Assembly: GCA_963169745.1 (NCBI GenBank)
Contig: CAUJCU010000015.1
Coordinates: 39,134 to 103,133, forward strand
Source: Bacteroidota bacterium
Lineage (GTDB): Bacteria > Bacteroidota > Bacteroidia > UBA4408
Reading direction: 5' to 3'
Length of the DNA stretch: 64,000 bases
The position numbers were made by a program, and so were the translations under genes. The notes below the pieces were generated by a model. That model made no database searches. It worked only from the letters and a program-made list of their open reading frames with translations, and was not told where the DNA came from. How positions within the stretch are numbered: position 1 is the first letter of the stretch; every line of letters begins with the position of its first letter. Of the stretch, positions 53,688-62,683 are shown in pieces.

Positions 53688-55205
53688 TTATAGATTTTCT
53701 TGAACTCTCATAATGGCAGTGCCTATTGTCTCAATCAAATCTTCAGGAAGCATGCTTCTTTCACCAAACCTTTCTTGCGCCATATCGCCTGCGAGGCCGT
53801 GTATATAAACGGCACTAATGCACGCCTCAAGAATACTGCTGCTATTTGCTACACAAGCAGCAATTATACCCAAAAGGGTATCGCCACTTCCTGCTTTGGC
53901 CATACCCGGATTTCCTGTACTGTTGAAATAGCAATTCCCTGAGGGCGAGCTAATACAAGTATAGGCCCCTTTAAATACAATATAACAGTGGTATTTTAGT
54001 GAAAATTCCTTCTGCAGCTTTATACGTTCATAACTGTTGTCCCATTTTCCAACTAAACGCTCAAACTCCTTGTGGTGAGGGGTTAATATAGACTCAGGAG
54101 GAAGAAAAGAGAGCCAGGTTTTATTCTCGGATAGAATATTTAAAGCATCAGCATCCAAAATTAAAGGTATTTTAGATTCTTGAATAAGTAACTTTAAGGC
54201 TTTTTGTGTGTCACTGTGTGTACCAATTCCACAGCCTATTGCAATACTATTGTATTTGTCTAAATCAGGAATGTTTTTCACATATTGATCGTTACTGCCT
54301 GAACTAAACATGGCTGAAGGCAAAGCGATGTTTAATGGTGTTTCCAATCCGTTACTGCTGTGCACTGTAAGCAAGCCTACACCAGACCTTAAACAAGCTT
54401 TTGCAGCTAGTAAAGCTGCTCCGTATTTTCCTTCTGAGCCGGCAATAAGCAGTACATGTCCAAAATTCCCTTTATGCGAAACCTTTGAACGTTTTGGCAG
54501 CATAGAAGCAATACTTTTTATATCGGGCATAAATAATTTACTTGCCTCATTTTGGATAAATTGTTCGCTAAGGCTAATTGGGATGATGACAGTTTTTCCA
54601 ATAAATTCATCATTTTCGGGTAATAAAAAGGCTAATTTGTAAAACTGAAAACTGAGGGTAATATTGGCACGAACTACAGTGCTTTTATCTGTTACCGGAG
54701 CATCACACAACAAACCTGAAGGCAGATCAACAGCTATAACATCATGACGGCACTTGTTAATAAAATGTATTACATCTTTGGTTAATCCTTTGGGAGTGCC
54801 ATTTATTCCCGTACCTAAGAGGGCATCTATCAATACAGCATCGTTTGATGGTGTTTCTAATTCATTAACTTCAGAAATAAAATTTACCGAAATGTTTGCA
54901 ATGGCCTGTAATCTTTGTAGGTTAATTTCAAAGTCATGACTGCCTTTCTCTTTTTCACGAACAATAAAAACAGATACCTTTTTGTTTTCTTCGTGAAGCA
55001 TTCTGGCTAAAGCTAAACCATCGCCACCATTGTTTCCTTGTCCACAGTATATGGCATAAGCAGATGCTTGCATATGTTCTTTTATGTAATTACATAAACC
55101 CCGGGCAGCACGTTCCATTAAATCAACAGAAACAATAGGTTCATGGGCAATGGTGTAGGCATCACATTGCTTTATTTGTGCAGCATGAAATATTTTTTGC
55201 ATCAA
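53688..55205 (-). CDS. nnr: bifunctional NAD(P)H-hydrate epimerase / ADP-dependent dehydratase
   Basis: 505 aa. N-terminal YjeF_N (GQGNNGGDGLA) plus C-terminal carbohydrate-kinase domain (..GNPGMAKAGSGDTLLG..). Confidence 0.85.
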   Translation of the reverse strand: MMQKIFHAAQIKQCDAYTIAHEPIVSVDLMERAARGLCNYIKEHMQASAYAIYCGQGNNGGDGLALARMLHEENKKVSVFIVREKEKGSHDFEINLQRLQAIANISVNFISEVNELETPSNDAVLIDALLGTGINGTPKGLTKDVIHFINKCRHDVIAVDLPSGLLCDAPVTDKSTVVRANITLSFQFYKLAFLLPENDEFIGKTVIIPISLSEQFIQNEASKLFMPDIKSIASMLPKRSKVSHKGNFGHVLLIAGSEGKYGAALLAAKACLRSGVGLLTVHSSNGLETPLNIALPSAMFSSGSNDQYVKNIPDLDKYNSIAIGCGIGTHSDTQKALKLLIQESKIPLILDADALNILSENKTWLSFLPPESILTPHHKEFERLVGKWDNSYERIKLQKEFSLKYHCYIVFKGAYTCISSPSGNCYFNSTGNPGMAKAGSGDTLLGIIAACVANSSSILEACISAVYIHGLAGDMAQERFGERSMLPEDLIETIGTAIMRVQENL

Positions 55206-55792
55206 TCTAAAATACTAATTTCTTGATGAATTTTCAAAACCTGATTCAGCAAAGTATCTTCGGGAGTGTTCGAAATAACCCATTGCGAGTGGGCTATTCG
55301 TTGTTCATCTGACCACTGATTTAAAATTCGTTTACGTATTTCAACCTCCGTTTTTTTATCTCTTTCAATAATTCGTTTTAACCTCAGTTCCATAGGGGCA
55401 ATAACACAAATTACACCATCAAGCTCTTTGTATGAACCGCTCTCAAACAAAATTGCAGCTTCTTTTAATACATATTTTTTACCGCTATGAACGCTACACC
55501 ATTCCTTAAAGCGCTGTTCTGTTTTAGGATGAATAATGGCGTTTAAGTCCTTTAATTTTTTAGTGTCAGAAAATACAATTTGAGCTATTTTTTCACGATT
55601 GGGCAAACCATTATGTTCATGGGTAATTTGAGTTTTTAATACTTGGCTTACTTCTTTCTGAACCTCTATTTGATTCAAAATGGCTTTAGCTTCATCATCA
55701 GCATAAAATACGGGCACCCTTAATGCCTCAAAAATTTGGGCTATATATGATTTTCCTGAACCAATACCACCTGTTAAGCCAATCTTTTTCAA
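55202..55792 (-). CDS. coaE: dephospho-CoA kinase
   Basis: 196 aa. P-loop GLTGGIGSGKS. 4-nt overlaps with both neighbours. Confidence 0.9.
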   Translation of the reverse strand: MKKIGLTGGIGSGKSYIAQIFEALRVPVFYADDEAKAILNQIEVQKEVSQVLKTQITHEHNGLPNREKIAQIVFSDTKKLKDLNAIIHPKTEQRFKEWCSVHSGKKYVLKEAAILFESGSYKELDGVICVIAPMELRLKRIIERDKKTEVEIRKRILNQWSDEQRIAHSQWVISNTPEDTLLNQVLKIHQEISILD

Positions 55793-56799
55793 AGTTTACG
55801 CATAATAAATTCAACCTGCGGATTAATTATTTTAACCTTACTCACGTACTCGGGCTGTTTGGTTAATTTTACTCTAATACGGTTGTTGGTAATGTCACTG
55901 TCGTTTGCTAAGTTTATTTCAGCCGAAAACTGCTCAGCTTTAACATGTTCATATTCATGAAGCGAAACATTATAGGTAATTTTTATTTGTGATGGGAAAG
56001 TTTTGGCAACAAACCCTAAAGGTGTGTTTTTTACATGAATAGGAAGCATGAGTTCACCTTCAGTAAACTTCTCGACAGGTATTTCAGCAATTATCGAGCT
56101 AATTCCATAATCAACTCCCGGAGTGTTGTTGGCTTTAAGCGGAATAATGTGCTTTTGAGTAGCCTCTATATCTTCTATTTTATGTGCTTCTGTTTCTAAA
56201 AAATCAATTTTATTAAGTATAGACTTTGGACCTTTGATTAATATTTTGGAAGGAATAACTTTTACGTTACCACTAAGATGATATTGTTTGGCAAAGCTAT
56301 ATACAAAGTTTGCTTTTACAGGAACAATTTTTTGTGATATCTGGTCAAAGATAAAAGTAACGGTATCGGGTAAAATTCTTACTATTTTCATGTTTCCACC
56401 CAACTGCTCTGTCATAGCCGTTAATTGGTTATTTAATAGCAAATAATAAACCTCATTAGGGTTGTTCTCTGCAATCTGTTTTTTTACGTTTGAGGCATCA
56501 ATAAAAAGAGTATCATTATCGGCACTATACTGCACACCCAATAAACTAAACCCACTGGCTTTTACTTTCACAAATACTTTAGAGGGCAAATCTTTTACTA
56601 AGATTTTATTTGTTGGTAAGTTGATAAAAGCAGCATTAAATGCAATAGTTCCAGTGTATTCCTTACTAAAAACTGTAAGTATCCAAAATACAATAGCCCA
56701 AAGCAAACAAACCAAGTAAACAAACAAGGTTTTGTCTATTCTTCTTAAAGTAAACTTACCGGTTAGGTTTTTTTTTTCTTTGTCACTATGTGGTTTCAT
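55789..56799 (-). CDS. YbbR-like domain protein (N-terminal TM anchor)
   Basis: ~336 aa from the ATG at 56799 (the ORF track starts at a TTG at 56811). One TM plus repeated beta-rich segments. Sits in the yajC-...-coaE row commonly seen in Bacteroidota. Confidence 0.5.
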   Translation of the reverse strand: MKPHSDKEKKNLTGKFTLRRIDKTLFVYLVCLLWAIVFWILTVFSKEYTGTIAFNAAFINLPTNKILVKDLPSKVFVKVKASGFSLLGVQYSADNDTLFIDASNVKKQIAENNPNEVYYLLLNNQLTAMTEQLGGNMKIVRILPDTVTFIFDQISQKIVPVKANFVYSFAKQYHLSGNVKVIPSKILIKGPKSILNKIDFLETEAHKIEDIEATQKHIIPLKANNTPGVDYGISSIIAEIPVEKFTEGELMLPIHVKNTPLGFVAKTFPSQIKITYNVSLHEYEHVKAEQFSAEINLANDSDITNNRIRVKLTKQPEYVSKVKIINPQVEFIMRKL

Positions 56800-56866
56800 A
56801 GATATGCCCAACTAACCGATAAAAGTACGTAATAAAGTTAATACTTAATTAGTATGATAGCAGTTT

Positions 56867-57193
56867 TTATTGTTGCTGCGCTAATGACACCGACTGATCT
56901 AAAGAAACAGCTGACTTTTCAAACTTCAATTTAATACCATTTTCTGTTTCTAAGATAATAGTTGTTTCTTGAACATCGGCAATACTTCCATGTAGCCCTC
57001 CAATGGTAACAATTTTATCTCCTTTCTTAAGATTTTCACGAAACTTTTTTTGGTCTTTACTTTTTTTCATTTGAGGACGAATCATAAAAAAGTAAAAAAC
57101 AACAATCATGAGCAAAATAGGTAGAAAGCTCATTAAAGGATTTTGTTCTTGTGCACCTCCCGGAGGAGCCATCAATAAAATGTTCAACATCAT
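56867..57193 (-). CDS. yajC: preprotein translocase subunit YajC
   Basis: 108 aa. One TM followed by [19 protein letters not shown]...[13 protein letters not shown]. Confidence 0.85.
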   Translation of the reverse strand: MMLNILLMAPPGGAQEQNPLMSFLPILLMIVVFYFFMIRPQMKKSKDQKKFRENLKKGDKIVTIGGLHGSIADVQETTIILETENGIKLKFEKSAVSLDQSVSLAQQQ

Positions 57194-57211
57194 TAGATTA
57201 AAATTAAGGGT

Positions 57212-57667
57212 TTATTGTATTAAAGGAGTTATTTCTCCGCTTATGGTTAATACTTTAGTACTGGGTATAGTATTCGTAACCAGCGTTACTGTTTTTTTCT
57301 GAATTCCTTGTTTTCCGGCACTATTAAATTCCACTTCAATAACCCCTGTTTCACCAGGTTCAATAGGTTGAGTAGGATATTTGGGTACGGTACATCCGCA
57401 GTTGCCACGTGCGTCTCCTATTATTAAATCGGCTTTTCCGGTATTCTTGAACTTAAAAGAGTGGGTTACTTTGCTGCCTTCCTTTATCGTTCCAAAGTCA
57501 TAGTTTAGCTCCTCAAAGGTAATTTCTGGTTTATCGCCCGATTCGTTATTCACATCATGATTCACGACATCGGTATCAATTTTAGCTTCAAATCCATCAT
57601 TTTTTTTGTTGTTACAAGAAGCAAAAACAAATACAGATATAACGAAAAGAATGCCTATTTTTCTCAT
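57212..57667 (-). CDS. DUF1573 domain lipoprotein
   Basis: 151 aa. Lipobox FASC. FKFKNTGKADLII...GNCGCTVP motif typical of DUF1573. Confidence 0.7.
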   Translation of the reverse strand: MRKIGILFVISVFVFASCNNKKNDGFEAKIDTDVVNHDVNNESGDKPEITFEELNYDFGTIKEGSKVTHSFKFKNTGKADLIIGDARGNCGCTVPKYPTQPIEPGETGVIEVEFNSAGKQGIQKKTVTLVTNTIPSTKVLTISGEITPLIQ

Positions 57668-57683
57668 GTTGGTATGCTGTTAG

Positions 57684-58634
57684 TTATTCAATTAATCCCC
57701 TTCCGGTTTTTTTAATTTTCCCTTCTTTTTTGTACAAATCAAAAATTTTGTCGAGTACCCCATTTATAAAAACTTTACTTTTAGGACTGCTGTATTCTTT
57801 AGACAAATCAATATATTCATTTAAAGTAACTTTTATAGGAATATTACTAAAAGTAACCGCTTCGGTAATAGCCATTTTCATCAGCAAAATATCCATCATG
57901 GCAATTCGTTCTACTTCCCAGTTTTGGGTCATCGTGTCAATTATTTGCTCATGCTCTTTGTTTTTTAAAATGGTTTTTCTATACAATTCTAATACAAAAT
58001 TTCTGTCATCTTCTTCATCTTTGTATAATGCCAATAAGGCTTTCCCAGCACCATCTGTTTCTTTTAAATCATCAATGGTTTTAATCATTGCCTGATATAC
58101 AATTTGGTAATCATCTACCCATAATATACTTTTTTCATCAAAAAAATATTGAAAGGGCTCATATTGAAACAATAAATTCTTAATAATGTAAAGCCATATT
58201 TTTTTGTCTTCAGTAAAAGAGGCAGAATTGCTTTGATTCATGTATTCTTTCCAGGAATCTTCGTTCTTTATTTGATGATAAAATTTTTTAATAATTTCAG
58301 GGTTTTCACTCCAGGAAATCTTTTTATGACTTGTTTTTTTGTGCAGTTCTATGTTTTCTGTTATAAGCTTGGTAATTTTATTATCAATAAAACGCGTGTT
58401 GGGGTTCAAGTCTGAATAGCTTGGCAAATGCTTAACTTTGGCAAGTTCTATTTCTAAATGAGCTTGATGGGTAATTTCAGTAATCAGGTTTAAAAAATAA
58501 AGATACATTTCATAAACCTTTTCTATACCGGCCAACATTTCCTTTTCACCTTTGGCCAAGTCATAGTTTCCTGATTGGAAACTGGCATATAGGAAATGAA
58601 GCGCTTTTATTCTTAAATGCCTTCTGTTTAGCAC
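57684..58634 (-). CDS. nusB: transcription antitermination factor NusB (long Bacteroidota form)
   Basis: 316 aa, GTG start. N-terminus RRHLRIKALHFLY. C-terminal NusB domain ..NEYIDLSKEYSSPKSKVFINGVLDKI. Confidence 0.8.
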   Translation of the reverse strand: MLNRRHLRIKALHFLYASFQSGNYDLAKGEKEMLAGIEKVYEMYLYFLNLITEITHQAHLEIELAKVKHLPSYSDLNPNTRFIDNKITKLITENIELHKKTSHKKISWSENPEIIKKFYHQIKNEDSWKEYMNQSNSASFTEDKKIWLYIIKNLLFQYEPFQYFFDEKSILWVDDYQIVYQAMIKTIDDLKETDGAGKALLALYKDEEDDRNFVLELYRKTILKNKEHEQIIDTMTQNWEVERIAMMDILLMKMAITEAVTFSNIPIKVTLNEYIDLSKEYSSPKSKVFINGVLDKIFDLYKKEGKIKKTGRGLIE

Positions 58635-58691
58635 TATTATTTTGAGATTAGGAATAAATAAATCTTGCTTACAACACGTACAGATTAATTA

Positions 58692-59798
58692 CTAAAGAGT
58701 GCGATTTATTTTTCCGATAGCTTCTATTCTTTTTTCAGCTATTTTTTTGGCAGCATCAATAGTTGGTACGTTTTCTTCGCGTGCAGTATGTAAAAGGGCA
58801 GCTGTTAAGTCGTATATTTTTTCAGCATTTTTCATGGCAGCCTCTTTGCTGAAACCTTGTAACTCGCTATAAACATTCATTAAGCCTCCGGCATTGATTA
58901 GAAAATCAGGAGCCCATACAATGCCTTTTTCCATTAGCATTTTACCATGTATGTTTTCATCTTCTAATTGATTATTAGCGGCACCAGAAATAATAGCACA
59001 GTTTAATTTTTCAATAGAATTAGAGTTTACAGTTGCACCTAAGGCACATGGAGCATAAATGTCCATATCAGACTTAAATATATCATCTCCTTTAAAAATA
59101 ACCGCTCCTGTTTCTTGAGCACAAGCATTCAGGTTAGCTTGGTTAATATCAAAAATAGTAACATGTGCTCCTTCTTTTACCAAATGCTTAACTAAATATG
59201 TGCCTACATGCCCAACGCCTTGAACAAGAACTTTTTTACCCGCTAAGGCATCAGAACCATAAACAAACTTAGCACTCGCTTTCATGCCCATATAAACCCC
59301 AAAGGCAGTTACTACCGATGGATCACCGGTGCCGCCCATAGATTCAGGAATACCGGTAACATAATCGGTTTCCATTTTAACGTATTCCATGTCTTTAGGC
59401 CCAATACCAACGTCTTCAGCAGTAATGTATTTGCCTCCTAAACTGTTTACAAATTTTCCAAATCTGCGCATTAAAGGCTCTGATTTTATTTTTGAGCTAT
59501 CTCCTATTATAACAGCCTTGCCACCACCTAAATTAAGGCCGCTTATGGCTGCTTTATAGGTCATGCCTCGACTGAGCCGAAGTACATCGTTAAGGGCTTC
59601 GGCTTCGCTGTTATAAGCCCAAACACGGGTGCCTCCAAGGGCCGGGCCTAAAACGGTGTTGTGAATGGCAATAATTGCTTTTAAACCAGTTTCATTATCA
59701 TTACAAAAAACTACTTGTTCATGATTGGTTAATCCCATTTCCTTAAAAATGGTATTATTTGCTTGTTTTGTTTCTTTTAGTTCGGGGGTTGTGGCCAT
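58692..59798 (-). CDS. Leu/Phe/Val (Glu/Leu/Phe/Val family) amino-acid dehydrogenase, leucine dehydrogenase-like
   Basis: 368 aa. Catalytic GLNLGGGKAVIIGD and the Rossmann loop VQGVGHVG. Confidence 0.85.
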   Translation of the reverse strand: MATTPELKETKQANNTIFKEMGLTNHEQVVFCNDNETGLKAIIAIHNTVLGPALGGTRVWAYNSEAEALNDVLRLSRGMTYKAAISGLNLGGGKAVIIGDSSKIKSEPLMRRFGKFVNSLGGKYITAEDVGIGPKDMEYVKMETDYVTGIPESMGGTGDPSVVTAFGVYMGMKASAKFVYGSDALAGKKVLVQGVGHVGTYLVKHLVKEGAHVTIFDINQANLNACAQETGAVIFKGDDIFKSDMDIYAPCALGATVNSNSIEKLNCAIISGAANNQLEDENIHGKMLMEKGIVWAPDFLINAGGLMNVYSELQGFSKEAAMKNAEKIYDLTAALLHTAREENVPTIDAAKKIAEKRIEAIGKINRTL

Positions 59799-59858
59799 AA
59801 TGCTTATTCATTTTAAGGAAAATAATCCTTTGTTGTGTTGCTTTTTTAAAATTGCACA

Positions 59859-59866
59859 CAAAAATA
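59859..59866 (-). promoter_or_regulatory. -7 box (TATTTTTG on - strand) for the leucine dehydrogenase-nusB row
   Basis: + strand CAAAAATA, 60 nt upstream of the ATG at 59798. Confidence 0.4.
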
Positions 59867-60210
59867 GCCTATTTTTTTATAGCGACAAATCTAAAAAGTG
59901 AATAAAATGGTTAATTTTCACTTAAAAATGCTGCAAATACCTATTTTTATTATAAACGAGGTCATAAATAAAATTAATATGTTTTACTGCTTCAAAAAAA
60001 TGATCTAGTATGCAGTTTATTTTCTACAGTTTGAAAATAAGGCTACCCCATTCGTAATTTTTAAATCATTTTCATCATCAAAGTAACCTTTTTGGTGTTT
60101 TTAATTTTGCCATGAAGCTGATAGCACAATACTATTAAATGTAAGGTAAAGCTACCTATGGTATAAAAATATTTTCCTGATTTAAAATATGCTTTTGATG
60201 TTAATGTATG

Positions 60211-61404
60211 TCAGTCAATTTCATGACGAGAAAGTATTATTTCTTCAAGAGCTTTATTATGTTGCTCCCAACTATAGTTCTTTATTACAAAATCTCTACC
60301 GTTTTGAGCTATTTCATTTGCTTTACTCGGATTTTTTAATAAGTCAATAATATACTGTGCTACTTCTTCTTTTGAATTGCCTACCAGTATTTCTTTCTGT
60401 TCCTGAGCCCCCAACGGATTGTTAGCCAAAGATGAGGTTATGCAAGGCATTCCCATGGACATGGCTTCCAATATTTTATTTTGCAATCCGCTGCCTATAC
60501 GCATAGGAGCAATAAAAATACGACTTCGTTCATAGCTTTCCCTGATGTCGTTGACACGCCCTCCAACACATATTTTTTCGGATTCAAGAGCGAGTACCTC
60601 TCGATCCGGTGAAGTTCCGGAAATTAATAGGCGCGTTTGTGGTAATTGCTGCCAAACGAGCGGCATAACTTCAGTTACTATGTAATGAGCACAATTAATA
60701 TTAGGAGGATAACTCATATTTCCCGTAAACACTAAATCAAAATCTTTTTCAACATTTTCCTGTGGTGTATAATAAGTAAAATCTACACCGTTTGGAATTA
60801 CAGAAATACGCTGATTTTCTTCATGTAATATAAAATTCCTGTCTTGATTTGAAATAATCGTGTGGTTTTCAAAATAATGAAAAATAATATGCTCATAGTT
60901 TGTTAACCTTTCGTTTTCCATTCTATAGAAGGCTTTTAAGTAAAACGGGGCATTCGTTATTCTACGACTCATACCTTTTGCAAGAGCGTCTTGGTAATCT
61001 AATGTTTTTGGAATTTCTGTAATGTTTTTGGCATATTCAGCAGTACGTATAAGTTGGCAGTATATGGCATTGGGTTTAACCTTATGATAAAAGGCATCAA
61101 ATTTCTTTTGAGCCTTGCGGTGATAAAAATAATATACCTGAAAAGGTTTAGAACCTAGCATACCTAAACATAAGCTCCAAATAATTTCAAGTTTATGGAT
61201 GGGAACAATGCATATTTCACGGCAAAATGGTGTTAATTCTTTTAATGCTTGCTCATCTAATTTTGTATCATTTAAGGCAAATAAATAAATTTCATTTCTA
61301 ACAGCAAGTCCTTTAATTTGATTAAACGCCCGTAGCTTGTCTCCCTTGTCTAGAGGAAAGGGAACACGAGATAACACAACCAGTATTTTAGCTCTTTCGG
61401 GCAC
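60211..61404 (-). CDS. GT4-family glycosyltransferase (GT-B fold)
   Basis: 397 aa, GTG start. C-terminal ..IFIAPMRIGSGLQNKILEAMSMGMPCI.. is an EX7E-type motif. Confidence 0.8.
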   Translation of the reverse strand: MPERAKILVVLSRVPFPLDKGDKLRAFNQIKGLAVRNEIYLFALNDTKLDEQALKELTPFCREICIVPIHKLEIIWSLCLGMLGSKPFQVYYFYHRKAQKKFDAFYHKVKPNAIYCQLIRTAEYAKNITEIPKTLDYQDALAKGMSRRITNAPFYLKAFYRMENERLTNYEHIIFHYFENHTIISNQDRNFILHEENQRISVIPNGVDFTYYTPQENVEKDFDLVFTGNMSYPPNINCAHYIVTEVMPLVWQQLPQTRLLISGTSPDREVLALESEKICVGGRVNDIRESYERSRIFIAPMRIGSGLQNKILEAMSMGMPCITSSLANNPLGAQEQKEILVGNSKEEVAQYIIDLLKNPSKANEIAQNGRDFVIKNYSWEQHNKALEEIILSRHEID

Positions 61405-61426
61405 TCTTTTAATTTTATTATTTAGG

Positions 61427-61434
61427 CAAATGTA
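61427..61434 (-). promoter_or_regulatory. -7 box (TACATTTG on - strand) for the downstream GT4 gene
   Basis: + strand CAAATGTA, 22 nt upstream of the GTG at 61404. Confidence 0.35.
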
Positions 61435-61489
61435 TTGGCTATAACTTTTTAAACCTAAAGCATGTTATAAGTAATTCTTAAAATATAAA

Positions 61490-62683
61490 TTAAAGGGTAT
61501 TTAAAAATGAGTTTAAACTTTCGGAATAATTAGTCATATTAAACTCTGTATTAATTAGATTATGTGCTTGATGTCCTATTTCAGAAAGCTTATCAGTGTG
61601 CGTAAAACAATACTCTAATGCGCTTACAAAGTCATCGGCAGTTTGAGCCTGTAAAAAATTTTTTTTGTCAGTAGCCATAATTCCAATCATACTGAATGGA
61701 GTGCCAATCACCACTTTCTGCATAGCCATGGCTTCAATAACTTTTATTTTAATACCACCACCTGTAAAAATGGGTGCTATCATAATGGGCAATTTGTTCA
61801 TAAAGGCTTTAGCATCTCGAACCTCACCAAAGTTTTTTATTTGTTTGTTTTTTATTTGTAAAAACCCGGTAGGCATGGCTTTTCCTGCAATATGCAAAAC
61901 GGCATCAGGATGTTTAATACACACCCGCTCCCAAACATGATCAATAAACCATTTTATCCCTTCGGCATTAGGATACCAGTCCATAGCTCCAATAAAAAAA
62001 ACCGATTTTAGGGTATAATCATTTGAAAAACCATATTGATTCAAATCAATACTAAAGGGGAGTTTCATTAAAGGCTTTTGAGGAAAATATTTTTTAAAAA
62101 ATGCCGTATCACTTTCAGATATTGACAGTATAGCATCACTTTCCTGAATAAGGGTTAGTTCTTCTTTTTCAAACCGCCTATTTTGAATATAATGGTATAA
62201 TTTTTTAGCCGGATTGAGTGCTTTTTTACCTATGCCCTGCCATATCTGATGTTCAATATTATGTGCCCGATAAACAACTTTTATTGGATATTTTTGTTTA
62301 ATAAAGTTAATATTTAAGCAACTGTACAAGCTGTCGGCTAATATTTTGCTTGGCTTATATTCATTAATAACTTCTTGCAGTTTATTCTTGAAACCAGTAT
62401 CATTAAAGCGTTTCAGATGGTAAGAATCTTTTTCAAAAAGTAAATTCCATAAAGCGTCTTTAGCCTTTATGCGCGTATCTAAAAAATAGCTTTCGGGTTT
62501 GTAAAGCTGTATAAATTCATCTGGAAATCCAGATTGAGGAACAGGATGCTTTTGAGTTGCAATAGTTAACAATTTGATATCATACCCCAAACTTTTTAAT
62601 ATAGAAAGCATATTGAGTATTGCTAATGCTCCACCATCAACAGCCGGGTAAGGAACTTTATGGCATAGGTAAAGCAGGCGCAT
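61490..62683 (-). CDS. GT4-family glycosyltransferase (GT-B fold)
   Basis: 397 aa. ..IMIAPIFTGGGIKIKVIEAMAMQKVVI.. motif. Confidence 0.8.
   Translation of the reverse strand: MRLLYLCHKVPYPAVDGGALAILNMLSILKSLGYDIKLLTIATQKHPVPQSGFPDEFIQLYKPESYFLDTRIKAKDALWNLLFEKDSYHLKRFNDTGFKNKLQEVINEYKPSKILADSLYSCLNINFIKQKYPIKVVYRAHNIEHQIWQGIGKKALNPAKKLYHYIQNRRFEKEELTLIQESDAILSISESDTAFFKKYFPQKPLMKLPFSIDLNQYGFSNDYTLKSVFFIGAMDWYPNAEGIKWFIDHVWERVCIKHPDAVLHIAGKAMPTGFLQIKNKQIKNFGEVRDAKAFMNKLPIMIAPIFTGGGIKIKVIEAMAMQKVVIGTPFSMIGIMATDKKNFLQAQTADDFVSALEYCFTHTDKLSEIGHQAHNLINTEFNMTNYSESLNSFLNTL

Noticed and set aside
1345-61940. All other short ORFs in the track that lie antisense to or nested inside long genes (for example 1345-1599, 6013-6255, 9331-9633, 11849-12508, 12534-12764, 12929-13661, 14790-17509, 18241-19504, 23549-23758, 29439-29678, 33049-33294, 39785-40018, 40793-41029, 41273-41482, 44168-44888, 46155-46642, 48105-49519, 50851-51393, 51762-51950, 53201-54939, 56462-58415, 61665-61940)
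   Set aside because: Each overlaps a much longer ORF with clear family motifs on the other strand or frame. Their translations are low-complexity or Cys/Phe/Ile-rich, as expected from AT-rich non-coding frames.
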